This document shows, one piece after another, positions 1-13,207 of a stretch of 64,000 nt of DNA. Below the pieces are notes generated by a model. The model ran no database searches and had not been told where the DNA came from. It saw only the letters and a program-made list of their open reading frames with translations. The DNA is from Amoebidium appalachense (Eukaryota; Protista; Ichthyosporea), in assembly GCA_963693365.1 (NCBI GenBank), contig CAVNZM010000015.1, positions 5,401,502 to 5,465,501 on the forward strand, in the 5' to 3' direction. Each line of letters starts with the position of its first letter. The stretch's first letter is position 1. A program made the translations under genes and the position numbers.

Positions 1-696
1 ACCGACCTTGCGAACTTCACAGGTGAACAGTTCCACACGTGGCACGCACGCTTTTAAAGCCTTATAATTGGAGAATAGAAAGTACTATAAACGATTTGAT
101 TCGGTTAGAGCACATCACTGTGGAATGTGCGAATAGATCTATCACCGCCCTCATTATTCTCCCCAGCAATTAGAATCCCTTTGCATGGTCAAAGGTGTAC
201 TTGTAGGATTGATTAGGTGAGACACACGGATACGAGGTTTCTTCGTGATAGCTATAACTAAAAAATACGTGTATAAAAAACAGATAACTTAATAATTTTT
301 CTCATCGAATATAATGGTACGGCAGAATTTGAAAAAATCATTTCTAAACTGATCTATACACAAATACAAACCTAAGTTGAAGAGTATAGGGAGAGTAGAG
401 CTCCGAAAGCGGCATGAGCGGCAAGTGATTTGGCAATCGCAGCCGCTTTGAAGCTGCCGCAAGCAGCTTGGTATGTGCATGGTCCCCCACAGTGATTCGA
501 TAAAAAGAAAAGGAAAGCAGAGGTCGGATTTAGTGTGTTTTGCCCGTTACGCACCAGCATGGCAAAAATGAGTATAATACGATAGTAAGATGGCGATTAT
601 TTTATGTTTTAGACACGAGTACGTAGAATCTCGAGGCATTCTTTGTACAGAACTAAGGTGCTAGTTAGGGAGCGTGTACACCTGTTCGATGGCATG

Positions 697-932
<236 letters not shown>

Positions 933-1002
933 GCCCCCCCCCCCCCCCCCCCCCCCCCACCGTCCAGGCCTCTCCATCCCTCCCCCCTCTCTAAAGCTAG
1001 AC

Positions 1003-2159
1003 TGATAATTCGCATGGACTAATTAGGACACTTGAGTCCTTATTAGCTAAAATCGGATATCGCGCTATATCTGGCATATGACCATAGCAATTAAAGGGGG
1101 AAAAAAGCAGAAACGTGAAGCTGAAGTCATGCCCGTTACAGCGATATATTGTTTGTGGGGTCTGCGATGACTGACATCTTCGGGGAGCATTGTGCCGGCA
1201 AAGTTTGCCCTTTTTGCGGAAGCACGTGTTTTTTAATGCAAATCTTGGTAGAAAGTAAAGTGGAAGCGCTTGTGTGTTTCTCAGGCAAAAAAAACAACCG
1301 TACACGTGAAAACAGACCACATGAGCTTTCCAATGCCACCATCCCGACCTCAACATCTTGATTCTGAGGCAACTTAGCTAAGGGCTACTTTCAGTCCTTT
1401 TTAGCGAGGATTTTAGCTCAGAGTGTCCCAATTAGCTTCCCGGAACAGATGAGCAAGATGATGGAGGTCAAACGTTTTCGCTCTTGCTGGAAAGTGTTCT
1501 CAGTGGCCCTTAAATGCTCAAAACGTGAACAAAACGCGTTTTTTTGGCTTCTTCGGGGTTATTTTTGCCCTTTGTTTCACCTTTGTGCCCATGGTAATGG
1601 GTGCCCCTTTGGTCCTAAATGCACCGGCCTCCGTCTGTTTTGCTTGTCAGAACCAGACATCGTTTTCATATGTCACCGTGAGAAGACTCAAACCGCCGGC
1701 TGCCAGGCCTCGGAGCCGCTCAGTCCCTCAAACCTCTTTCGAAGTCGGTTATTTCGGTGGTCATGTAGCCTGTGGAGGTTCATAAACCCTTCAGAAAGAC
1801 ATATAATGCAATAACGTATGTTTTCTGGCCCTTTTTCATTTGGTTTTGTCATGTTTTTCTGCAACCATAACGGTTGCGCTCCGTCCTATCTGCAGTCAGT
1901 CGGTCGATCGCGACAAAATGAACGAAAAACGGCCTCACCCTCCCCTCTAAAACCGTTTATAACTTGAGCGCTGTTATTCCAATGACCTTGACGTATTAAT
2001 AAAAAAAGCTATAAATTACCTAAGCTCATTGGGCATACCTAGGAAGTTGGGGGTTTACAACAGGGCAGAGGCTTGGGAGCGCGCCGAAAATAATTAGGAC
2101 ACTTGGGTCCTAATATAGCGATTAACAAGGACCGAAGTGTCCTCGCATACGGATTATCA
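1003..2159. mobile_element. Non-autonomous TIR DNA transposon related to the piggyBac-like element at 11123-13207
   Basis: Left end TGATAATTCGCAT (1003); right end ATACGGATTATCA (2159; reverse complement TGATAATCCGTAT). Subterminal AGGAC-N5-GTCCT palindromes at about 1025, 2096 and 2128. The first ~430 bp align by eye with 11123-11550 (shared blocks ATCGCGCTAT, AAACGTGAA, CACGTG, TGTGTGTTTCT, ATTCTGAGGCAAC, CTAAGG). No transposase seen and the TSD is unclear. Confidence 0.75.
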
Positions 2160-2165
2160 CTCGCG

Positions 2166-2201
<36 letters not shown>

Positions 2202-5200
2202 CCCCCGCTCCCGCTGAGGCCTCGAGGCTCTCTCTCTCTCTCAGAGCTCTCCCGCTCTCTCTCTATCTCTCTCTCCTGCTCCCTCTCACTCTCTCTTTCT
2301 CCCCCTCCGCCCCTCCCCGGCCCTCCCATCCCTCTTCCCCTCTCTTACAGTATCAGATTATTTTCTCTTTCACCCCTTATGCCTTTCACTCGAGAGGCTC
2401 TCTTGCTCTCTTGAGCCCTATCTCTCCCCTCCCTTTCTCACGCAGACAGAACACACACACGCGCACATGCGCGTAAACAAAACGTGTGCGCACACCCACG
2501 CACACACGTATGCCCGCACGCATGCACGCACGTCTACACACACACACACACACACAGACAGCGCGCGCACACAGACACAGTGCACATTTTTATTTTTTTA
2601 TATTTTATAATTTATCCCGTTTTGTTCCCGGAGGTACCCCCTAGGGGCCCTCCTGGGGAACTACCGTCTTCCACCCAGCACCGACAGTACTCTAGCTAGG
2701 GTGCTCACTGACGTATACGATGCTATTAGCTGAACTAAAAACACCTAATAGAACGATCCTAACTATATGTACACAGTTTGTCCAGGGTATTAACCCCAGC
2801 CACGCGGGTGGGTAGACACGGTGCACACACAGAGCGACATTTTACTTGGAGTTTAACCTAGGTGACCAAACATTTCTTGACTCTGAAACGGTATGTAAGG
2901 CCGTTTTAGGTTTCTATGTCTAAAATTTATTTCTTTATCATTTAAGGTAGCTTATCTTAGTTGGTGCGAGATTTTGGCTTCTGGATATTGTTTCCCTCAG
3001 TATGCATGTACATATAGCAGCAAATATTTACTTGTTTACACGTGTTGCACTTCACCCAACGGCTACCCTTATATACGCACCTGTAAACTTCAGTCAGATC
3101 ATTTAGCTAAAGAATACATGTGCCGGTCCGACGGCATGCTCGGCTGCTTGTTTGCGTCTTAGCTATTATAATTATATCCGGAAACTATCTAAAGCGACTG
3201 ACGAAGCTCAATGAGTTTCGGAGCAAACCTTTGCTGGACAGGCTGTGTACATACTGCTGTCACTGCCATCATGTGTAATGCCATGCATGCGCCATGTCAG
3301 CATCGACATCTTCATGATCAATAGTACACTTGAAGTTTGTGTCAGTGTCAGCTAGGAAAGAAATTGTCATTCAATGCTTGACATCTCACGTGTGGCAGTA
3401 TTTGAGACAAACTGTGCTCAGAACCTAGCAAATATGCAATATCTCTGAAGTCTTTCCTCCGGGCAAGGGGCCAGAGTTCCGAAACACATGCAAAGAATAG
3501 GTGCACTGAGAAGGCAACCACGAGGAAAACCATGCACAACTTGAGACGTACGTAGGAGAAAACCCCAGATAGTATTGCGGGCAGGTACATAAACGACCCT
3601 GAAGTTACGCCGTGATTATACTACGTCCGCATCTAGAATTTGCCACAGTGTCTCCGAATCTCCACCCAACCTACATACAACTTACATGCGTACGCGTGCT
3701 GCGTAGGCCTGGGCCTTCCCAGAAATTTTCGCACATGTTCTGAGGTGGTGGGGCATATGGCGGAACACTGAACGATTGGAAAAATAATAACCAGGCCTGG
3801 CTAGGGCATTGGGCCTGCCACTGTAGGGTGCAGTCAGGCGTGCCTCGCTCGAGGCTAGCGCTGGGCCTTTCGCTTTGCAAAATTGCAACACTCAATCTCG
3901 ATACATACGTATACTGACATACTGTATGCTTTCGAGGTGTTCCCAAATCGAATAAGGCGAATAAATAAAATAAGACCGTGATGATATGTCATCGAATGCC
4001 ATGGTGCCATCGACATATGTGCGCAGTACGGGGACTGAGCTCGATATATTACTGCGTGGTGTGTTATATGGCATTCAGGATCGTCTCATGTGTACTCATG
4101 CTATGCATGCATGCACAAGTTGCCAACAAAAAAATTTAGGAATACGTAATATTTACAAACGTGCTTATAATGGCCGGATGGTCCCCGGGCCCGGCATTCA
4201 CAGTGCACTTTTGCTCATGAGCAAACAGCCACGCCCCAACACGTGTGTGACGCGTGGCAGGTTCAACATGGAGCAGGGTGTGATATTAGTGTTTCGTTGC
4301 ATGTTCATGTCACCTCAAAGATATCGGATTCTTATGAGGGCGTGAGCGGTTTCATAGGCCCTACAGCAGGGACAGTCAAAAATTTCGCGCTTTGCGCAAG
4401 CATGTGTGGCCCCATTAGAACGGCACGGACTGTAAGGATTCGGGTTATTCTTTTGCCTTTCCTGCATGAGCACGGCACACCTACCCACCCTTACAACGGC
4501 CATGGTCCTATTGAATTTTCAAACCCTGGTACACATGACTCGCGCATTGGAATGTGCCTGCAGCCCGGCACCTGCATTTCAAACATTCCAACGTACGGGT
4601 CGTGCTCTACCCGCGGCCGTTGGTGAGTCACTTAAGTCAACCTCAAGATAGTATGCGCCCCAGGAGAAAGGTCAAATACCAGCCCATCTATATACATGCT
4701 GCCAGTTTAGACCAGGGTCTTTTCTCCGTAAAAAAATTTGTGAATAAAAAGAGGCCGTGATCCGTTGCAGAATAGCATATAACTGTAAACTTTATGCGGA
4801 TGTTTTATGATGGGTGGTGAATTATACGGCGTGGCTCAGTGGCAGATCTAGCCTGGATATTCCATTTTTCGTTTCCGAAAGGAGGTCAAATTTAATTTAA
4901 CGCAGTAAGCTTTTGAAATATAAAGGATTCAGCTGAGAAAATATTCATTTCAGATCGTTGATTCAGCAATGAAAGGTGTCTGGGTATGGTTTGATTTAAG
5001 AAAAAAGATAGAATCTGGCGTACCAAGTTGAAACCACGACAAGGTGAATTCGTGAAAGGTTTACAGGTCTATCTAAAAATTGCCCATGTATACACCCAAA
5101 ACTAAAAGTCCATCTGATTGGCTCCAGCCGTCAGGCCCAAAATGCTAAGCATTCAGCAATGTCGATATGGTGCACCATGATATGAAGCAGAAGGCATTAT

Positions 5201-6675
5201 GCTCTTTCAGATAAGCCTATAATCCGTAATAGTTATTCTTTATATGATTATTATGTCGAAAAACACGCTCGCTCTCACGCGTGACTCGGCAAAGTTCGGG
5301 CCGCGAAAGTGACTCATGAGTACACGGGGGGCAATCCAAGCTGATAAAAGCTGACCAATAGCACAAAAGAGCTTGTTACCAAGTAAAGCAAGTGCGTAAT
5401 GTCATAGCCATATATGGCTAGTTTGTTTATTATTTTTTGCCTTATATAGACCCGGTAACATTCCCGTTCTAACAGCGAATCAAAACCGGGCCCCGGCCCT
5501 TAGCAGTGCAGGGGTTGAAAATATCGAACACCTTCAAGCAGGTTTGATAATACGAGAGACAATGTTCTGAGGTTTCGCAATTATAGTTCGTGGCAACTAA
5601 TATTTCAGCCGAGGTTTTGTATTTGCAAGAGATTTTTGTAGAGAAACACGCTGCTTTTTAAGAAAAGAATGTTTCAATTAATGCTTCGTGCACTTCAAAT
5701 ATAGAATATGAAGCCCTGTTAAGCATTTCAGGGTTTGTTATCAAATATTGAAAGATAAAATTGTTCAAAACATAAATCTGCAAATGTGCGAATATGTGGG
5801 GTAAAATACATTAAACAATTCAGAGCCCACATTTTTTGGAAGCAAATATTTGACTAGGCCACTTTATCAGAGAGCTAGATGCAGTTTCTCCGGGTTATCT
5901 AGGGGCTGGGCCCGTTAGGGTTGTTTTTTAGCTCAGATTTGGTCTGCATTGGTCTTTTAGAGGCTGACTTGCTTGCTGTGCCTCGTTAGGTTTTGAGGGG
6001 GGCCTGTTGGGAAGGAGCAGCAATGATGTCTTCTTGCGGAGTGTGGTCTGGTCAACCGTTGATCGATGCATATGACTACAGTGTAGTTGGAGCAAACTAG
6101 TTTCACGCATACACGTACAAAAGGTTTTGCCCGCTGGTGTCCTTTGTCACTTGTCGCTTTATTTTTATTTCGTAGCTTTGGCTTTTTCGGTTCTATTGGT
6201 GGTTATGTAGCCTGTGGTTGCACGTTGCCTTCATCAACGGATCAATAAACCCGAGTCAAAAGAAAAGAAAATATTTGACCATCCGGAGAAAATCAAAAGT
6301 TTTATGTTGAATAGTGACCGATAAAGTCAAACCCTGTCGCTGTGGCTTTTTTTGCCCACTGGCCAAAAGGCAAGCCGCAGGATCTGATTGGTGAGTGAGC
6401 ACATATACTGCGCAAGCCAAGTTGCAATCATGCTACACACACGACACACTCTGCTTGCACCTGTGTGTAGGTCACTGTTCTTTTTAGTTTATCCCTAGGG
6501 GCAAGGGCTACACGTTTGTGCTTGTGTACGCAGGTTAATATTGGTTGTGTAAGTTAGTAAAAGCAACTAGCTTTGTCCAAAGATACCACATGAAAGCCGA
6601 AAATTGTCAGACTCCATCGACCCCTAATCCCTCACTTTCTGTAGTTGTTTTGTTTCTACACGCCTCCTCACCACC

Positions 6676-9600
6676 ATGCCAGCAGCAAGCGTAGGCGCTC
6701 ACACATGGCACCTGTACGATCAGGATTCCTTTTTCAAAACTGGTAAAGTTAGACGCGCACGTAAAATAGGCCGCAACACGCCACCACACGAACAAGTCCA
6801 AGACATGTATTCAATGCCCGGACTCAGTTTTGTTGCTTGGGAACAACCCACAACACCACCCCCTGACCGCGACTCTCTTCCGCCTCTAAAAATGGAGGTG
6901 GAGCCACGCGTGGTACGTGTTACATCTTTTAATTCAAGAAAAACCCCTATGCTAATTCCATTTTGGTGGGAAGGCATAAGTGGTGGGCCCTATCGTGATG
7001 GAGTAGAGGGCAGGGCAGAAGTTGGGGGTTTGGATGCCAATCGAGAGATTTGTGAGGCGCCATGATGTATGCAAGTTTAGAAAACACAGAAGGAATGGGC
7101 CGGCAGGCGTTTTGTCGATGTGGTTGTGGTGATGGCGAGTAGCGATGAGTTGCTTGTTGAGGCAGAGTTGCAAGTGGCCGGTGTTTTAGCCTGCACTATT
7201 TTGAGATTGAGTACCGCAAGTTCCGCTGATATGCTCCAAAGTTGTCAACAACAGCAACATGCTAAGCCAATATAATGTGATATCTTTAGTACTGGGTGTG
7301 GTTTGGGTATGTAAGCAGACACAAAGTGATGATCGGAAAAAGTGTGACCCGTTATTTTTGGCAATGAGTCAGAAGCCAAGTTAACGCCATGCATGCCCTC
7401 ATCCAGGCCAACACTCGCCCTTGCACATTTTTTTCCCCAATACATCACCTCCTGCACACAATCCGCATCTAACACGCGACACAGTCCCCAGAAGAGGAAA
7501 ACACCTTCTTGGACGGGCTGCTAAACAGACAAGGTCTGAGCTGTGTGCTTGACGATGGAGATTGTGGCTCCGAGTTTGCCGCATCATCACCCACCTCCGC
7601 CCAATCTAGCCAACCCGGCCCAGACTCCCCAGTGACATGGGACAGCTCCGATGAAACCACAACACTTTTCGATTTGGTTCTCTTCTCTGTCGAGGAGTGC
7701 ACATTCAAAACATCGGCGATTAGCACGCCACCTGCCCCGCAACATACCGATTCAACCTCGCCGCAAGAAAAAGAGGAAGGGGGGGCTTTCACGGCAAAAA
7801 GGTCAATGTCCCTCCCGGCCCGCTCCAGTGAGGAGATAGCGTGTGAATTTTTCCTTCAAAATGAGCTGGGGGGACTTTCTCTCTCCCTTGACAACCTCAA
7901 CATCGACATGAGCATCAACATGGAGGCGGGGGGATCTATCGCTAAATATTCGGCGTCGCTTACACCCCCTGCGGAGACCACATCGCCAAATATGGGCCGA
8001 GACCTGGGCCTTTCATTGGACGACATGGTACTTGATATTTCTGACGTCGATTTGGATGTGGGGGGGTCCGTTGTGCCCGACTACGACTCGGCACTCTCAC
8101 CGTCACATGATGACATCCCCCAAGACTCCACGTGGCCAAACCCCCCTGCAAGACATGAAAATTCAACGTGCCCGCCAATGTTTGGTTTACGCATGCCCGG
8201 GCACCCGATCAGCCAAATACAGGTATTTACCCCCCCTCCCCCCCCCCACCTCCCCTTCCCCCCTTCTCCCCCTCCCCAACATAATTGAACTGAACCATAG
8301 CATATGCTCAAGTTTGTGACTGGGAGTTATTCTTCAGAGCAGATACCATGGTGGTCTATGGCACTAAACAACATACACATTTTTCTAACTGGTTCCAATC
8401 GCAGGGGGCATCCATCCCGCTCATGCGAGGCATCAACCCAATGCTCTCCTCAAGTAAGTACCCCCCCCCCCCCCCCCCCCTTCTCCCCCCTCAGCGATCT
8501 GTCTTTTTTCCTCCTCAGCAGTGTAAATCTTGTACAAGGATTGTTTACCCTCTTAACCAGGACGGAAAAGAGGAATTAGGGAAGTAGTGGTTCCGGAGAA
8601 AGTGTTCAGACATGAACCATGCATTTGCAGGCAACTTTGGTCCCTGGTTTAGGCACTTGTTTTGTTCAGCCCGATTCTCTAACACCCTCGTCATCTCCAC
8701 AGTTCCACAACAGCAACAGACAGCATCCGATGAATCAAAAACCCACAACGCTGGTAAGTGTCCCCCCCTTCCCCCCTCCCCCCACCTCTCTCCCCCTCCC
8801 CCCTTCCCCCCTCCTCCCACACACGAAATGTCGAAGCGCAACTAGTGTCCCTTCAATGTGACCTCAATGTTACGTTAACACTAACTTCGCATTTACAGCG
8901 ATTGGCACTCTCCTGTTATGGTCTAATCTCCTTTTTTCAGGAATGGGCAACTTCGTGTACCATACAAAAGATATTGATGAAGCTATACGAACCAAGTAGC
9001 TAACCTATCCCCATGTACCCATTCAGGTCTCCCAAGCGGTGGTAGCTCAACCTTTGTGTACCGCGGCAACTTTACCACCACCCCCTGCCACAAGTTACCC
9101 ATCCAACGCAAGACATGGGACGGGAGGGACGCCAAAACAGACACCCGATCACGGTCCTCAAGAAACAGAAGAGTCTACGTGGCTGGACGATTCTGCGTCA
9201 ACTGCGGGGTACGTGCTCTGCCTCCCCCCTCTCCCTGTCCCTCCTCCTGTCCTTCCCGCCCCCCTCCCCCTGTCCTTCCCTCCCCCTCCTCCCCTCTTCC
9301 CCCCCCCCCCCCCCCCCTCCCCCCGCTCCCATCCCCCTAATAGGGCATCTGAATAAGCTTACACACCCGTAGGCATGAAAAGCCCAAGTGTAAAAACCCC
9401 TCTTTTAACTTCTTCCACGTCCTTCCCATCCACTCATTACGTACCCGTCCCCCCCCCCAAACCCCAACCCACCCACCCACCCCTCCTCCCCATCTTTCAC
9501 AGACTTGGTTCTAACCCCCCCCCCCCTCCCCCCCCCCCCCCCCTCTCCCCCCAACAGACGGACACAACCCCACTCTGGCGTAAGGCCATCCACATCAGCG

Positions 9601-10028
9601 ATGATGCATGGCACTGCAACGCCTGCGGCATCCACTTTAGGGTACCCCCCCCCCCCCCCCCCCGGCCCCAACTCACTCACTCCCCTTTCCAACCTCCCCC
9701 TCCCCCCTCCCCCCCCCCGCTCCTCCCCCTGTCTCCCTCCTTCAATCCGGGGCTGATCAATACGGATTGCTCAGCTTCCCCCTTCTCACCTTGGTAGACA
9801 TTGTTTTAACATCCCACGTCCGGAAGAGGAGGCTATGTCCATGACACAATGGAGGAAAGGAGAGAGAGGGTTGAGTGAGGTGGGAGGGTGGGGGCAGGAG
9901 TTTGTTGTGGGTGCATGTTCGTATAAAAGAGGTTCTGTTTGCATTCTAACATGTGAGCTGTCTCCCTGCAGACACACGGCAAGCACCGGAATCCCCACAA
10001 ACGCAGAGACAGCACAAAGTCCATGTAA
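6676..10028 (+). CDS. GATA-type zinc-finger transcription factor (7 exons, single C-terminal finger)
   Basis: Phase-consistent GT-AG exons at about 6676-6912, 7484-8222, 8405-8453, 8703-8753, 9026-9208, 9558-9641 and 9972-10028. Spliced C-terminus reads RFCVNCG|TDTTPLWRKAIHISDDAWHCNACGIHFR|THGKHRNPHKRRDSTKSM*, matching the GATA C-x2-C...TPLWR...CNAC signature. The 5' exon is less certain. Confidence 0.9.
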
Positions 10029-11122
10029 CCTCCGCGTGTAAGGGTTAAACATTAACCCCTATGGGCTAGTGCTCGCGCGCACATCTGATGATGTAAAGAA
10101 TATACTTTCTTGAGATTTTGGAACGGTTGATTCGATAGCTTATGTTTGCTGATGTAATGGCACATTAAAGAGTTTGATGAATCTGGAATGTAAGGGTTTG
10201 AAGTTACTGTATTCTTTAAACATTAAAGAAAGGAAAAACTGATGTAGCAAGTGGATCTTGGGCGTTTTATGAACTGTTGTTTCATCAACATTTCTTTTCT
10301 GCTATTTTTTATAGCATTTTTTAATGTTTTTAACCTATAATTATCGTCTTTCGAGCCTATAGACCCGATCACTGTTTAGGGCTTTCTCGCGATACCATGA
10401 AAGATAACTTACAAGGTATATTACTACGCAAAATAACAAAGAAGTATGCTTTATGCATTATTCGGTTGACACAAAGGAAGGGAGGGGGTAGGAGTTAGCC
10501 CCGCCTCCATAGATATATCATAAGTGATATGACGCTGGCTGATGAAGAGCCGACAGCTGCGCATTGCAAATTGTAAAATTAGGTTTTTTCGGTATACTCG
10601 GTATACAGAGGATAGAAATTAGGAATGTAGCCGGTGTGAGGTATGCGTGTAATAGCCCAAAAACAGCTAATAATCTGGATTTCCAGGTCGATAATTCCGG
10701 ATATACAATTTCTGAATCATGTGTTACATGTTCTGTTACATGCATATGTACGGTGCAAAATACCCAATGCACACTGACCTCTTATCATGTACACGTGTGA
10801 TTGCCCTGTTGCGTGCATGCAAACTTGTATTTGAATTTTACTCGACTCTGTTCAAGTGATGCCATTGAACAGTACAGCAGTGTGGCCCCTGTACCAACGG
10901 GGACGTGTGTTTGAATCGTGTCCGTGCCCATGACATTGTGTCGTCCTGCAGCTGAGATCAAATCTGATACATGTGAGGTTCCCTGAGCCCTCGTTATCAT
11001 TGTGATATTTCGCGCGCACCCATCATCATATGCACGCACGACCAAATTATATGTTGTGATATCACACACGAGTACGGAGCTCGAGGGTTCGGTGGCAATC
11101 ACACACACGGAGAGGCCTATTT

Positions 11123-11782
11123 TGATAATTCGCACAGATCTATTCGGACACTTTTGTCCTAATTAACCTATTTTTAGACGATCGCGCTATTTCTAGCGCA
11201 GTTGCATAGTAACCAGGCCTCAAAAAGATGAAAAACGTGAAATTCACGTCATTTCGACATAGTAACATATATAACATGTAGGGTCTCCGACGCCATCTCT
11301 TGGGCGCATTTGGTCATCGAAGTTGGCGACCTTCTAAGAAAACACGTGGTTTTTCCGCTAAATTTTAATTTAAACTAAAATAACTTTCGGTGTGTGTTTC
11401 TGGAGCGGCTAAGACCACGATGTGCTGCTAGCTAGAGATATAGGCTAACGCATGCAAAAAACCCGACCACCTAATCTTAATTCTGAGGCAACCTACCTAA
11501 GGTCCAACTTAGGGCACTTTTATCGAGAAAACCTTAGCCACACTGTCCCTGTTACCACCCGTTCTACTTCTAAGACAATGTTTACGACTTTTCTTCAATT
11601 TTCTGGCTAGTTAATGAGGAAAGTAAGTACAAAAGGTTTTAAACGTGGTTCTTCTTTACACTTGTTGCTACTAGTACCAGTTCCTTCTATTATAGAAAGA
11701 CAAAATAAAGGAAGCTTATACCCCACGAAAGGTATGCTCGAGATCACAAACCCAAAGCAGTCTGCAAAGTCTGCAACTTTAC

Positions 11783-11824
<42 letters not shown>

Positions 11825-13207
11825 ACCTCCTCTCTCTCTCACACCTACTGCTCCTGCTCTTTGGTTCTGCGGTGGCGTACAGGCACCCCCTTTTCCAGGT
11901 GCTGCTCGTAGCAGTTGCGATCTGAATTTTTGTAGCACAATGCCACACCGCACCTGCTGCACATCCAGCTCACCCTGCTGCGCTTGTATCCCTTTTGATC
12001 CGTGCGCGCGCACATAACACAGTCGAGCCGCTTGCCGGAACCGATAAGCACCGGGTGACAGAGGTTGCTTCGTTTGGCGGTTGTGGTGTTTGTTGACAGC
12101 GATTTTAGTATGCGCGCGCTTTGTTTGCCGGCTTGTAGAAGTGGGTTGTTGAAAAGTTCACCCGCAAGTTTTTCGCGCCACTGCTCGTTTGAAAGTGCAT
12201 TCTTATCCCCGTCTGCAATGAGATGCTTGTAGGCCAGGTAGGTGTTTACAAACACCATACCAACTAACCCAGCAAAGGTGCGGTGCCAGGGTGTGTGGGG
12301 GACCCATGCCTGCTCGAGTGAACTGTTCCCTTGCCGGAGTTTGTTGTGTACGTCTGCACTGTTGAAATATGTGAAGAATTCGCGCACTGCTTTTGGCATG
12401 GGCACTTGTGTTCCGTTTTTTGTGATACGGGGAGCTCCTGCTTCCGTACTTTGCCGTCGTTACTACACGCATGCTGAAATCCTTATCCTGCCAACGTATG
12501 GGGGGGATGGGAGAGGGAGAGGGCGAGCCCCCGCCCCCCTTCCCCCCCCCCTCCCCCTCCCCTCAATACAAAGAATATATATGCCTTCGCACATCCCACA
12601 ACTAGCCGAATCTCGCTCCGTGGTACTTCTTCTACTTTCCCGTCGTAGTCTATGTGTACCAACCATTTATTGTTCTTTAATACTTGCAGCAGTTGTGCCT
12701 GTGAGCTGTTTCGTTTCCCATTCTTCACCAAACTGCTCTTTACTCCAACGTTCATCATCGTTCCTGACTTTACCATCAAAGATGCGTGGAAAAACCCAAA
12801 CTCTCGGGTCTTTCTTTAAACGCCTAACCATTTTCTTTTCTTTTCACCTATTTCTACTCTAATTCTACCTTGTTCTTTTTGTTTTCTAGCGGGCAAACAA
12901 TCGTGCGGTGTCTTTTAGTTCGGAAACCAAACGGTGTCCGTGATCGGACAGTCGGACACCCCAAAACTGGGGGAAAGCGGGTTGCACCCATGATCTTTTG
13001 CGCGCCAAAAGCTACTCACCCTGCAGTCCTATTGGTTTCCTATAAAGACAAAAAAGGCAGGAAAATACTAGACCTCATTGGCCATACCCAGCTTGTGGGG
13101 TGTTTCCTAGCGAAAACAACGCTAGCGACGCCGCCGAAAAAGATAGGACACTTTTGTCCTTTTTAGCCATTAATTAGGACAGATTTGTCCGGTTATGCGG
13201 ATTATCA
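11123..13207 (-). mobile_element. Internally deleted piggyBac-like DNA transposon
   Basis: Termini TGATAATTCGCA (11123) and TGCGGATTATCA (13207); flanking ATTT at 11119-11122 and 13208-13211; subterminal GGACACTTTTGTCCT at 11146 and 13146 and GGACAGATTTGTCC at 13177; transposase remnants on the minus strand. Confidence 0.8.
11845..12831 (-). pseudogene. Fragmented piggyBac-like (DDE_Tnp_1_7-type) transposase
   Basis: ORF 12405-11845 carries ADVHNKLRQG...WHRTFAGLVGMVFVNTYLAYK and a C-terminal Cys-rich domain (CVMC...RVSWMCSRCGVALC...CYEQH), typical of piggyBac C-termini. An N-terminal piece from ATG 12831 (RVWVFPRIFDG...WSKEQFGEEW...G / frameshift / KWLVHIDYDG) is separated from it by a C-rich gap at about 12480-12590, so most of the catalytic core is missing. 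Confidence 0.85.

Noticed and set aside
10040-10062. AGGGTTAA...TTAACCCC as classical piggyBac ends
   Set aside because: No matching partner termini found in the window; lies in the GATA 3' UTR region and may be chance.
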